Shown in pieces: positions 17,949 through 26,868 of a stretch of 32,000 nt of DNA. The notes beneath the pieces were generated by a model that was not told where the DNA came from, searched no databases, and saw only the letters and a list, made by a program, of their open reading frames with translations. This stretch comes from Aquifex aeolicus VF5. Lineage in GTDB: Bacteria; Aquificota; Aquificia; Aquificales; Aquificaceae. A program made the translations under genes and the position numbers. Position 1 is the first letter of the stretch. Each line of letters opens with the position of its first letter. The stretch spans positions 1,290,001 to 1,322,000 of the forward strand of contig NC_000918.1 in the NCBI RefSeq assembly GCF_000008625.1, read 5' to 3'.

Positions 17949-18072
17949 AACTCCTACCTCCTTTAAAGTTTAATTTACTAAAGATTAAAAGTATACAACT
18001 TCCGAAGTAGGTTTATGAGGAAATTCATAAATGCTTTTCAAATGCTAAATCGGGGATAAATTTAAAAGTTAA

Positions 18073-18189
18073 ATGAAGAGAAAAAAGAAGCTAAAAAAGA
18101 GAGTGAGACTTGACTTTGCAAAATTCGTGGTGGAGGAGGTTAAATCCAAACTGGGGGAAAGAAGATGGAATTTTACGACCCGAAAGTAA
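18073..18189 (+). CDS. Small basic ORF (38 aa) overlapping the flgD start by 25 nt; not in the supplied track
   Basis: MKRKKKLKKRVRLDFAKFVVEEVKSKLGERRWNFTTRK*. The flgD ATG at 18165 lies within its 3' end. Confidence 0.35.
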   Translation: MKRKKKLKKRVRLDFAKFVVEEVKSKLGERRWNFTTRK

Positions 18190-18794
18190 AGCAGGAAATA
18201 AAAGTACTGCCAAAGGACTACGTCCAGTCCGTGGATAACATGTCCGCAAACGACTTTTTAAAGATATACCTGGAAACCTTACGTTATCAGGATCCCTTTA
18301 ACCAAACTGACATCTCAAAAAGTTTGGACGATATGGTAAAGATAAACCAGATAAAGTACTTCACCGAAATGAAACAATTCCTCGAAAGCCTGAAGGCGTG
18401 GATGAACCAGATGACGTTCTTAAACACCGCTACTCTAATAGGAAAAGAATTTATCTTCAGGACTGAAGTTTTAGACACTATAAAGAGGGATAAATACTAT
18501 ATACTTTCACCGGAAAACGTTAACAACGCGAAAATAAGGGTTTACGACGGAGAAGAACTCGTTAAAGAGGTAAAAATTGATATAAAAAAGGGTTTGAACG
18601 AGATAGACGTCTCGGATTTGCCCAAAGGTCAGTTCAGTATAAAAATCTTTAAAGGGGATAACGAACTCACAGGCTGGCAACTCGGTTTTAAAGAAAAAAT
18701 AAACGCGGTAAGTATCCTGAACGGAGATTTATATCTGGAACTCTCTGAAGGAACTTTGATTTCTTCCGATAAAATTATTTACGTGGGGGGATAA
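18165..18794 (+). CDS. flgD: Flagellar hook assembly scaffolding protein
   Basis: MSANDFLKIYLETLRYQDPFNQTD..., NTATLIGKE, followed immediately by flgE. Confidence 0.88.
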   Translation: MEFYDPKVKQEIKVLPKDYVQSVDNMSANDFLKIYLETLRYQDPFNQTDISKSLDDMVKINQIKYFTEMKQFLESLKAWMNQMTFLNTATLIGKEFIFRTEVLDTIKRDKYYILSPENVNNAKIRVYDGEELVKEVKIDIKKGLNEIDVSDLPKGQFSIKIFKGDNELTGWQLGFKEKINAVSILNGDLYLELSEGTLISSDKIIYVGG

Positions 18795-18797
18795 AGC

Positions 18798-20246
18798 ATG
18801 CTAAGGAGCTTTTACAACGCGATAACTGGCATGGACGTTTCTAGGTTTGCCCTGGACGTTACCTCAGACAACCTAGCAAATGCAAATACAGTAGGGTTCA
18901 AGAAATCAAGACCAATTTTTCAGGACATGGTTTCACAGGTAGTTGTAGGCTTAAACACCACAACAGGAACGGTAAAAACGACCACATTCGGAGCCGGAGC
19001 GGTAGTAGATTCCACTCAAAAGGTATGGACAATAGGCAGTTTTAAACAAACCGAGATAACGACTGACCTCGCTATAGAAGGTAAAGCTCTCTTTATACTC
19101 AGAGATGTTTTAACAAACCAAACATATTATACGAGAGACGGCAGATTCAGAATAAACAGGGAAGGATACCTTATTAATCCAAACGGACTTTACGTTCAGG
19201 GATTTAAGGTAAATCCTGTAACAGGTGAAGTTACCGGAACACAGTTAGAAGATATAAGAGTAGAAACGCAGATACCTCCGAAGGCTACCGGTGAGATTTA
19301 CTTTAATCCGCCGACGAATTTAGATGAGAGAGCTCCTATTATAGACCAAACTACTACACCTTTTAATCCTCTGGATTCATTTACCTACAATTACAGGTAC
19401 ACGTTAACTATTTATGACAGTTTAGGCAGGGAAGTTCCGGCGGATATTTATTTTGTAAAAACGGGGACGAATCAGTGGAAAGTATACTTCTTGGCTTCTT
19501 TAAAAGAAAGATATATAAACGTTGATTGGAACGGGGATGACGATAAAACAGATATAGTTTTCCTTGATTTATTTAACGATCAGGTTCATATTGCGGATAA
19601 CGGAACTTTTAGTACGCTCCCTACATTCGCTTCAAAGACCCTCGAGTTTGACCCCTCAACGGGGAAATTGGTATACATTCCGGGTGGTGATATTGTTCAG
19701 GATACAGCTAATCAAAAGTTTTACCTAGAAGTTGATTTAACACCGGAAAGTGGACCTTCTGAAATAAACGATCCGAACGATACAGAGTCTTACTTAAACA
19801 AGTTAGGGGCAAAGTTAGGTAGTGAAACTAATAAAATTAAAATTTACGTAGGTGAAGGTATATTACAGAATAATGTAATTCAAAATTCCTACATCACCCA
19901 ACACGCAGCGGACTTTGTCGTTACTATGGATCAAGACGGGTACGCAAGGGGCGAATTAATAGACTTGTACGTTCTTTCTGAGGATGGTGTTGTTGTAGGT
20001 GTATACTCAAATGGGGAAACCCTTCCTACTTACAGACTTGCCCTCGCACAGTTCACCGATCCCGAGGAACTTGTCAAGAAAGGTTCCAACCTTTACGCTT
20101 CTGTAAAAACTCCTACGATCTTACTCCCCGGAGGTTCTAACAAAATACGCTCCGCCGTTGTTGAAATGTCAAACGTGGACATAGCAAAGGAGTTCATAAA
20201 CCTTATAACAGCCCAAAGAACTTATCAGGTAACGCAAGGACGATAA
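18798..20246 (+). CDS. flgE: Flagellar hook protein; conserved C-terminus appears frameshifted and would continue to 20293
   Basis: N-terminal [38 protein letters not shown] and C-terminal [19 protein letters not shown]. Confidence 0.92.
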
Positions 20247-20297
20247 CCGTTACTAATACGATACTTGAGGACACGATAAATCTAGTAAGATAAAGGT

Positions 20298-20783
20298 ATG
20301 GCTGAAGAGGTAAGGGAAGAAGCACAGGCGGGCGGTGGGAAAAAGAAATTAATCTTCCTCCTTCTTCTCTTAATACTTCTCGCAGGTGCAGGGGCAGGAG
20401 CTTATTTTTTCCTATTTGCTAAAAAGGAAGAGAAAAAGGAGGAAAAAGCTCCAAAGGTTGCTCCTCCCGAAGTTGGCATTATGTACAAACTCGACCCGCC
20501 GTTTATAGTAAACCTTGCAGATCCTGAGGCAACCGTTTACGCGAGGATATCCATAACTCTGGAGGTTGCAAATCAGCAAGTACTTCAAGAAGTTCAGAAA
20601 AAAGAACCCGTTATAAGGGATGCGATAATTGAGATAATTTCAAGCAAAACTTCCAACGAGATAAGAACCCCCGAAGGTAGGGAACAATTAAAACTTGAAG
20701 TTCTAAAGCGTATAAATACAATCCTTTCAGAAGGTGGAGTGAGGAACGTATACTTTACAGAGTTCGTGATTCAGGTAGAGTAA
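20298..20783 (+). CDS. fliL: Flagellar basal body-associated protein
   Basis: N-terminal charged region plus single TM (FLLLLLILLAGAGAGAYFFL), YKLDPPFIVNLADPE, and position after flgE. Confidence 0.85.
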   Translation: MAEEVREEAQAGGGKKKLIFLLLLLILLAGAGAGAYFFLFAKKEEKKEEKAPKVAPPEVGIMYKLDPPFIVNLADPEATVYARISITLEVANQQVLQEVQKKEPVIRDAIIEIISSKTSNEIRTPEGREQLKLEVLKRINTILSEGGVRNVYFTEFVIQVE

Positions 20784-20859
20784 GGTTTATACAACCATAC
20801 TCAATTAATATTAGTTTGCTATTGATAATTCTTATCGGAGAAATAAATTATACCTTATT

Positions 20860-21888
20860 ATGAGAGTTGAAGCCAAGTGGTGGAAAAAATTAGATGACGG
20901 AAAAGTTGAGTGTTATCTGTGTCCTGTTAGCTGTAAACTAAAGGAGGGGAGTGTAGGCTCCTGCGGTGTGAGGGCAAACGTAGGCGGTAAGCTTTACACA
21001 TTCACTTACGGTTCTTTAATATCAGCTGCCATAGATCCCGTTGAGAAAAAGCCTTTATTCCACTTTTTACCCGGACACAGGACGCTTACAATAGCGACGC
21101 CGGGTTGTAATCTCCACTGTAAAGGATGCCAGAACTGGGAAATCTCACAAGTTCCGAAGGGAGAAGTATTTAAAAACAGGTTTTACGACGAGACTTTTGT
21201 TCCACCAGAGGTAATAGTTGAAAAGGCAATAGAACACGGATGTGAAAGTATATCCTATTCTTACTCAGATCCCACGATATTTGCCGAGTACATGATAGAC
21301 GTTGCCAGACTTGCAAAGGAAAAGGGACTCAAAAACATAATGGTAACCGCAGGATACATAAACCCGGAACCCTTGGAAGAAATAGACAAGTACATGGACG
21401 CCTACAGCATAGACCTTAAGTTTTTTGACGATAAAGCTTACAGAGAATACTCAAAGGGAAGGTTAGAGCCCGTTCTTGAAACGATAAAGTACGCATTTAA
21501 CAAAGGAAAGTGGGTTGAACTGACCACTCTTTTAGTTCCGAAGTACTTAACGGAGGAACAAATTAAAAAGATTGCGGAATGGATAGGTAGTGAGCTCGCT
21601 CCATGGGTTCCGTGGCACTTATCTAGGTTCTTCCCCCACTACAAAGCTTTAGACTTACCGCCCACGCCCGTTGAAGACTTAATGAAAGCTTACAAGATTG
21701 GAAAAGACGCAGGACTTGAATACGTATTTGTAGGAAACTTATTCGGAAATGATTACGAAAGCACATACTGCCCTAAATGTGGAAATGTAGTTATCGGAAG
21801 ACAAGGATATTACATAACAGAAATTAACTTAGAAGACGGGAAGTGCAAAAATTGCGGATACGAAATTAAGGGAATTTGGAAAAAGTAA
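20860..21888 (+). CDS. amrS: AmmeMemoRadiSam-system radical SAM enzyme
   Basis: CYLCPVSCKL...GSCGVR, radical SAM CNLHCKGCQNW, GYINPEPL and a C-terminal zinc-ribbon-like CPKCGN..CKNCGYEI. Confidence 0.88.
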   Translation: MRVEAKWWKKLDDGKVECYLCPVSCKLKEGSVGSCGVRANVGGKLYTFTYGSLISAAIDPVEKKPLFHFLPGHRTLTIATPGCNLHCKGCQNWEISQVPKGEVFKNRFYDETFVPPEVIVEKAIEHGCESISYSYSDPTIFAEYMIDVARLAKEKGLKNIMVTAGYINPEPLEEIDKYMDAYSIDLKFFDDKAYREYSKGRLEPVLETIKYAFNKGKWVELTTLLVPKYLTEEQIKKIAEWIGSELAPWVPWHLSRFFPHYKALDLPPTPVEDLMKAYKIGKDAGLEYVFVGNLFGNDYESTYCPKCGNVVIGRQGYYITEINLEDGKCKNCGYEIKGIWKK

Positions 21889-21912
21889 ATTTTAAAGCCC
21901 CCTTGCGGGGGC
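21887..21912 (-). terminator. Intrinsic terminator between convergent amrS and porin genes
   Basis: Perfect 6-bp stem GCCCCC/GGGGGC (21897-21912) with 4-nt loop, followed on the minus strand by TTTAAAATTT. May also act on plus-strand transcripts. Confidence 0.6.
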
Positions 21913-21922
21913 AGGAAGATTT

Positions 21923-23089
21923 TTAGAAGTTGTAGAATACGGAAAGTCCTACATCAGTATAAGAATCTTCTTCTTCTGTAAGGTTCACATTATCAAGCTT
22001 AACATTTTCTACCCATAGAGCAATTCTGTTTGTAGGACCTTTTATATAGTAGTTTATAGCTACACCAAAGGATTTGAGCTTAGGATCACTACCTGGTCTA
22101 TCAAATTCAGTTTGTACGTATCTAGCAGCTAATGCAGGTTTTCCAAGGAACACTTTTTGATCATAAAGTAGCTGTCCTTGAACTAACCAACCTGTTCTAT
22201 CATCTCCATCAGTTCCTGCCCAATTTGTATGCTTTACATAACCTATTTGTATATCAGGAACTATAGTACCGAATTTTTGTTCCCACATAAGATCAACGCC
22301 CCAAGAGTCCTGATCTTTAGCTCCTTCTCCGAAAGGCTGAGAAGTGTAAGAAAGACCTATTGTGAGAACATCTTTCTTTCCAACGTAAGTATTCTTAAGA
22401 ACGTATCCCTTCTCAGCTTTGTATCCAAGCATTGTGGGAGTAAATTGAACTCTTATAGAGTATGCCGTTTTTGCATTTGATGTAGCTCCTTCATCACTTG
22501 CATCAAATACACCAACATAGTATTTAAACATTCCATCTGCTATGTTACCCCATGCGGTAAGACCTGCACTTCTGGATCCGCTCCTAAAAGGTTTGTGGTC
22601 GTTGGCTACAGGATTTGTAAATGCGTGTTTATAACCTGCTATTGCACTCATTCCAAGCCATGTGGGGAATAGATATGTCCAATAACTTTGGAGCCCAGAG
22701 TGTCTTTCAAAGGGCACTTTGTAAGAACCAGCAATAATGTTAAATTCTGGCGCAAATGCGAGATTAATGAATGAATCAAATACTTCAATATCACCTGCTT
22801 TTCCTGGAGCAAACAATGACGCTTGGAATCCATAGCTAATTATCTTATTGAGCTTGTACTTGAAGTAAATTCTCGCATCCCTGTGAGTAAATACTATATC
22901 AGACTTATCTTCGTTTCCATCAACTATTCCTCTGTCATCCTTAATTATAGCATCAATAATTCCCCTTGCACCGAACTTGAGAACTTGCTCTTCGTCAATC
23001 CTTATGGTTACCGCGTTTGCGGAACCTGCTAAAACACCTAAGCTGAATACCGCCCCTGCGAGGAGCAATCCTTTCTTCATAACCGACAC
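21923..23089 (-). CDS. Outer-membrane porin (OprO/OprP-like beta-barrel)
   Basis: Signal peptide MKKGLLLAGAVFSLGVLAGSANA, alternating beta strands, C-terminal ...DVGLSVFYNF ending in Phe. Confidence 0.82.
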   Translation of the reverse strand: MSVMKKGLLLAGAVFSLGVLAGSANAVTIRIDEEQVLKFGARGIIDAIIKDDRGIVDGNEDKSDIVFTHRDARIYFKYKLNKIISYGFQASLFAPGKAGDIEVFDSFINLAFAPEFNIIAGSYKVPFERHSGLQSYWTYLFPTWLGMSAIAGYKHAFTNPVANDHKPFRSGSRSAGLTAWGNIADGMFKYYVGVFDASDEGATSNAKTAYSIRVQFTPTMLGYKAEKGYVLKNTYVGKKDVLTIGLSYTSQPFGEGAKDQDSWGVDLMWEQKFGTIVPDIQIGYVKHTNWAGTDGDDRTGWLVQGQLLYDQKVFLGKPALAARYVQTEFDRPGSDPKLKSFGVAINYYIKGPTNRIALWVENVKLDNVNLTEEEDSYTDVGLSVFYNF

Positions 23090-23115
23090 CTCCCTTTAAA
23101 TTTAGGCTAATAAGA

Positions 23116-23145
23116 ATTATAGAATTTTTTAACACAAGTTGTCAA
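23116..23145 (-). promoter_or_regulatory. Near-perfect sigma70 promoter for the porin (TTGACA-N18-TATAAT)
   Basis: On the minus strand TTGACA (23145-23140), 18-nt spacer, TATAAT (23121-23116), about 27 nt upstream of the start codon at 23089. Confidence 0.75.
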
Positions 23146-23239
23146 CTTTTTTTTGAGTTTTGCAATATTGCAAAAGCAGGTTTTAAAGACCTTAAAGGTT
23201 TGCAAAAATACAAAAACACTTTTAATATCTTAACAAATC

Positions 23240-24607
23240 GTGAGAAAGCTTTTGTACGAACTTTTAGAAGACGACCGTTCCTTTGTATTTTATATATACA
23301 ATACTTTTTCTTTCTCGGTAATTCTAATTTCCGTAATCCTCACTCTGTACGACGAGTTCTACGGATTTCACTCCAAACTCCACCCAGTAGTTCTGGAAAT
23401 AGAATGGGTCGCAAGCGGTATAATCGCTTTTGAACTCATAGGGAGGTATATACTTGCGGAGAACAAATTAAAGTATTTAACCAATTCTTTAACTATCCTA
23501 GACTTTATAGCATTAATTCCTACATTTCAGATATTCAGAGCTGTAAGGCTTATTGTTCTTATCGCGAGAGTTTTGAGACTTACCTACAGGTACAGGTTTT
23601 TCTTTGGATTTTTTGCAAACATTATTAAGGAGTTTGCCTTTGAGCTTATCTTTGTGTTTGCCCTGATACTTGTAGTAATTTTCAGCATTCTGTTAATAGT
23701 TTTTTCGGTGGAGCACGGCGGCGGAAATGAGAAGATAAATACTTTCTTTGACGCTCTTTACTATGTGATAATTACAGCCACGACTGTAGGCTACGGAGAT
23801 ATAACGCCTACCACACCTCTTGGTAAAGCCCTTGCTATGGTTCTCGGAGTGCTCGGTCTGTTTCTTTTTTCCTTAATTACCGCAACTGTGAGCACAGCCT
23901 TTTTTCACTACGTTAACATGTTAAAGATGGGAATGGTGAGCTTCAGAGAACTGAAAAATCACATAGTGGTGTGCGGGTGGAACGAAACGGGAGAAGTAAT
24001 GCTGGAAGAAATAATGAAGTACTGGGAAGAAAAAGGAGAAAGAAAAAAGCCTATAGTCGTGGTTACAGATCAGGAACTTGAAACGAGGCACGAGTTTTAC
24101 TACAAAAAAGGCGATTACGTGAGTGAAGAAGTTTTGAAAAACGCAGGTGTAGAACACGCGGACATGATAATCATACTTGCGGAAAAGGGTGTGGATCTCA
24201 CGGAAGACTCTATAGATGCGAGAACCATTTTATCTTCCATGCTTGCGAGGGATCTAAACCCGAAAGCTACTATAATCGCAGAAATACTCCTCAGGGAAAA
24301 CGCTAAAACGGTGAAGAGGAAAAACATTATAGATTACATAATCGTAGACGGAGAAGTTGTGGGACAAATGATTTCAAACTTCTTGAAGAGAAAGGACATA
24401 CCCCAGATACTAGATTACTTCCTGGATAAGGTAGATTACCTTGAGATAAAACCGAAAGAAGAAAAAACTATAAGGGAGATTATTCAGGAATTTGGCAAAA
24501 AGGGAAAGCTCCTAGGCATAAAGAGGGGAAGGGATTTTATATTCCTTCCAGACCTTGATATGGAAGTAACTCCTGAGGACACCTTAATTCTTGTGAAAGA
24601 AAAGTAG
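23240..24607 (+). CDS. Voltage-gated-like potassium channel with cytoplasmic RCK (TrkA-N/TrkA-C) domain
   Basis: Selectivity filter TATTVGYGDITP, S4-like FRAVRLIVLIARVLRLTYRYR, and RCK start HIVVCGWNETGEVMLEE. Confidence 0.92.
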   Translation: MRKLLYELLEDDRSFVFYIYNTFSFSVILISVILTLYDEFYGFHSKLHPVVLEIEWVASGIIAFELIGRYILAENKLKYLTNSLTILDFIALIPTFQIFRAVRLIVLIARVLRLTYRYRFFFGFFANIIKEFAFELIFVFALILVVIFSILLIVFSVEHGGGNEKINTFFDALYYVIITATTVGYGDITPTTPLGKALAMVLGVLGLFLFSLITATVSTAFFHYVNMLKMGMVSFRELKNHIVVCGWNETGEVMLEEIMKYWEEKGERKKPIVVVTDQELETRHEFYYKKGDYVSEEVLKNAGVEHADMIIILAEKGVDLTEDSIDARTILSSMLARDLNPKATIIAEILLRENAKTVKRKNIIDYIIVDGEVVGQMISNFLKRKDIPQILDYFLDKVDYLEIKPKEEKTIREIIQEFGKKGKLLGIKRGRDFIFLPDLDMEVTPEDTLILVKEK

Positions 24608-24663
24608 TATTGTTTTATGGCTTTAAAAACCATAAATTAATAAATATAACAGTAGTTGAATAG

Positions 24664-24987
24664 ATGGCAGAACTGGAAATACATGTAAAACGGAGCGTAT
24701 TTTCACCTGATGGAAAATTTTTAGGAGTCGTGGAAATGAAGATATGGAAAGTACCAAAAGATAAATGCCATCCTGAAGGCTACAAGTACTCCCTTGTTTT
24801 TGCCTTATACAATGAAACAACGGGAAAATTTGATGGAAACTTTTTAAGATACGATAATTATCAATGTGAAGGACACCATAAACATCTTAAAGGTAAAAAG
24901 TTCCCTTATAAATTTACGGATATTGAACAATTGATAGAAGATTTTAAGAACGATTTTGAAAAATTAATTGAGGAGGTTGTGAAATGA
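24664..24987 (+). CDS. TumE/DUF6516-like putative toxin
   Basis: Pattern KIWKVP...GYKYSLVFAL...FLRYDNYQCEGHHKHLKGKKFPYKFTDIEQLIEDFKNDFEKL resembles the family pattern (YR/SL..LRYDN..GKGDHRH..G.E.PY.F). Confidence 0.75.
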   Translation: MAELEIHVKRSVFSPDGKFLGVVEMKIWKVPKDKCHPEGYKYSLVFALYNETTGKFDGNFLRYDNYQCEGHHKHLKGKKFPYKFTDIEQLIEDFKNDFEKLIEEVVK

Positions 24988-25349
24988 AAATTAAAAAAGT
25001 GGTAATAGAACCCATAGAAGATTTTTTTGAGGAAGTAAAATACGCAGTTAAACAGCATAAAACCGGAAAAAATGTTAAACTCGAATATGTATCTTTTAAT
25101 TCAGTGGAAGAATTGAGCAGGATTTTAAGCCCCAGGAGAAAAGAAATTATTGATGTGGTTAAAAAGTACAATCCGTCCTCTATAAGAGAACTCGCTCAGA
25201 TTTTAAAAAGGGACTACAAAAACGTCTATAAAGACGTAATTTTACTGAAGAAAGCAGGATTTCTTGAACTTAAAAAAGAAGGGAAAAACCTAAAACCTGT
25301 GGTGCCATATGAAGAAATAGAAGTGATCGTTAAAGTGGGTAAATCTTAA
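24984..25349 (+). CDS. Winged-HTH DNA-binding protein (COG4190/HVO_A0114-like), putative antitoxin/regulator
   Basis: IIDVVKKYNPSSIRELAQILKRDYKNVYKDVILLKKAGFLELKKEG. Overlaps the upstream ORF by 4 nt (ATGA). Confidence 0.8.
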   Translation: MKIKKVVIEPIEDFFEEVKYAVKQHKTGKNVKLEYVSFNSVEELSRILSPRRKEIIDVVKKYNPSSIRELAQILKRDYKNVYKDVILLKKAGFLELKKEGKNLKPVVPYEEIEVIVKVGKS

Positions 25350-25362
25350 TAAAATTACTTTT

Positions 25363-26385
25363 ATGGGTTACAGAGTCGCGATAGTTGGAGCTACGGGAGA
25401 GGTAGGAAGAACATTTCTGAAGGTCCTTGAAGAGAGGAATTTTCCCGTTGATGAACTCGTACTCTACGCTTCGGAGCGTTCAGAGGGAAAGGTTCTAACT
25501 TTTAAGGGGAAGGAGTACACAGTAAAGGCTCTTAATAAAGAAAATTCTTTTAAAGGTATAGACATAGCACTTTTTTCCGCAGGAGGTTCCACGAGTAAAG
25601 AATGGGCTCCCAAGTTTGCAAAAGACGGCGTCGTTGTAATAGATAACTCCTCCGCTTGGAGAATGGACCCCGACGTTCCTCTTGTTGTTCCCGAGGTAAA
25701 TCCAGAAGACGTAAAGGACTTTAAGAAGAAGGGAATAATAGCAAATCCAAACTGTTCCACCATACAGATGGTTGTGGCTCTAAAACCTATATATGACAAA
25801 GCGGGAATTAAGAGGGTAGTAGTTTCTACGTATCAGGCTGTTTCGGGTGCCGGGGCTAAAGCGATTGAGGACCTCAAAAATCAAACTAAAGCCTGGTGCG
25901 AAGGGAAGGAAATGCCAAAAGCCCAGAAGTTTCCTCACCAAATAGCCTTCAACGCCCTTCCCCACATAGATGTTTTCTTTGAAGACGGCTACACGAAGGA
26001 AGAAAATAAGATGCTCTACGAAACGAGGAAGATAATGCACGACGAGAACATAAAGGTTAGTGCAACCTGCGTAAGGATTCCCGTTTTCTACGGACATTCG
26101 GAAAGCATATCCATGGAAACGGAAAAGGAAATATCTCCTGAAGAGGCTAGGGAAGTGCTGAAAAACGCTCCGGGGGTAATTGTAATTGACAACCCTCAGA
26201 ACAACGAGTACCCGATGCCTATAATGGCCGAGGGCAGGGACGAGGTATTTGTCGGAAGGATAAGAAAAGACAGGGTCTTTGAGCCAGGGCTTTCCATGTG
26301 GGTAGTTGCGGACAACATAAGAAAGGGTGCGGCTACCAACGCTGTTCAAATTGCAGAACTTTTAGTGAAAGAAGGACTAATCTAA
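25363..26385 (+). CDS. asd: Aspartate-semialdehyde dehydrogenase
   Basis: VAIVGATGEVGRTFLKVLEER, GGSTSKEWAP, IIANPNCSTIQMVVALKP. Confidence 0.96.
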   Translation: MGYRVAIVGATGEVGRTFLKVLEERNFPVDELVLYASERSEGKVLTFKGKEYTVKALNKENSFKGIDIALFSAGGSTSKEWAPKFAKDGVVVIDNSSAWRMDPDVPLVVPEVNPEDVKDFKKKGIIANPNCSTIQMVVALKPIYDKAGIKRVVVSTYQAVSGAGAKAIEDLKNQTKAWCEGKEMPKAQKFPHQIAFNALPHIDVFFEDGYTKEENKMLYETRKIMHDENIKVSATCVRIPVFYGHSESISMETEKEISPEEAREVLKNAPGVIVIDNPQNNEYPMPIMAEGRDEVFVGRIRKDRVFEPGLSMWVVADNIRKGAATNAVQIAELLVKEGLI

Positions 26386-26398
26386 AAGGAGGTATGAG

Positions 26399-26812
26399 AT
26401 GGCCGAAGTTCAGCACGTTGATGAAGCTTTTGAGACATTAAAAAACGCTAAAGTCGTTGCCGTTGTAGGCATTTCTCCAAAGCCCGAAAGACCCTCTTAC
26501 TACACCACAGAAAAGGTAGTAAAGAAGGGTAAGCACAAGATATACCTCGTAAACCCCCGCTACGCGGGTCAGGAGATATTCGGAATAAAGGTTCTTCCCT
26601 CCCTGAAGGACGTTCCAGAGCCCATAGACATAGTGAACGTTTACAGAAACCCCGCACACGCGGAGGAAGTCATAAAGGAAGCCCTTGAAGTTGGAGCAAA
26701 AGCGGTATGGTTTCAGCCTGGAGCGGAAAACCTAGAGGTTATAGAAAAGTACAAGGACAAGATAAAGATCATTTACAACGCGTGCATAGGGGTAGAAGCG
26801 GGCTACCTCTGA
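26399..26812 (+). CDS. CoA-binding domain protein (YccU-like)
   Basis: AVVGISPKPERPSY, VLPSLKDVPEPIDIVNVYR, AVWFQPG. Confidence 0.88.
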   Translation: MAEVQHVDEAFETLKNAKVVAVVGISPKPERPSYYTTEKVVKKGKHKIYLVNPRYAGQEIFGIKVLPSLKDVPEPIDIVNVYRNPAHAEEVIKEALEVGAKAVWFQPGAENLEVIEKYKDKIKIIYNACIGVEAGYL

Positions 26813-26868
26813 GCCCTTTTCTTTTAGTTTTCTCTTTATAAATTTATTTAGTTAGGAGAGTTTAAAAC

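Noticed and set aside
18019-18034. Possible sigma54 promoter (GG...GC) upstream of flgD
   Set aside because: GG to GC spacing is 12 nt instead of the required 10, and the TGGCAC/TTGC context is missing.
20824-20836. GATAA-TTC-TTATC dyad upstream of amrS, Fur-box-like
   Set aside because: Only 5-bp arms in AT-rich DNA; a poor match to a full 19-bp Fur box, so not enough to call.
22229-23032. Small plus-strand ORFs (61-83 aa) opposite the porin gene
   Set aside because: They are antisense to a signal-peptide-bearing beta-barrel gene with a strong promoter, and have no supporting signals.
25780-26349. 189-aa minus-strand ORF opposite asd
   Set aside because: It is fully antisense to a confidently identified asd gene, with unusual Tyr/Arg/His composition and no family signature.
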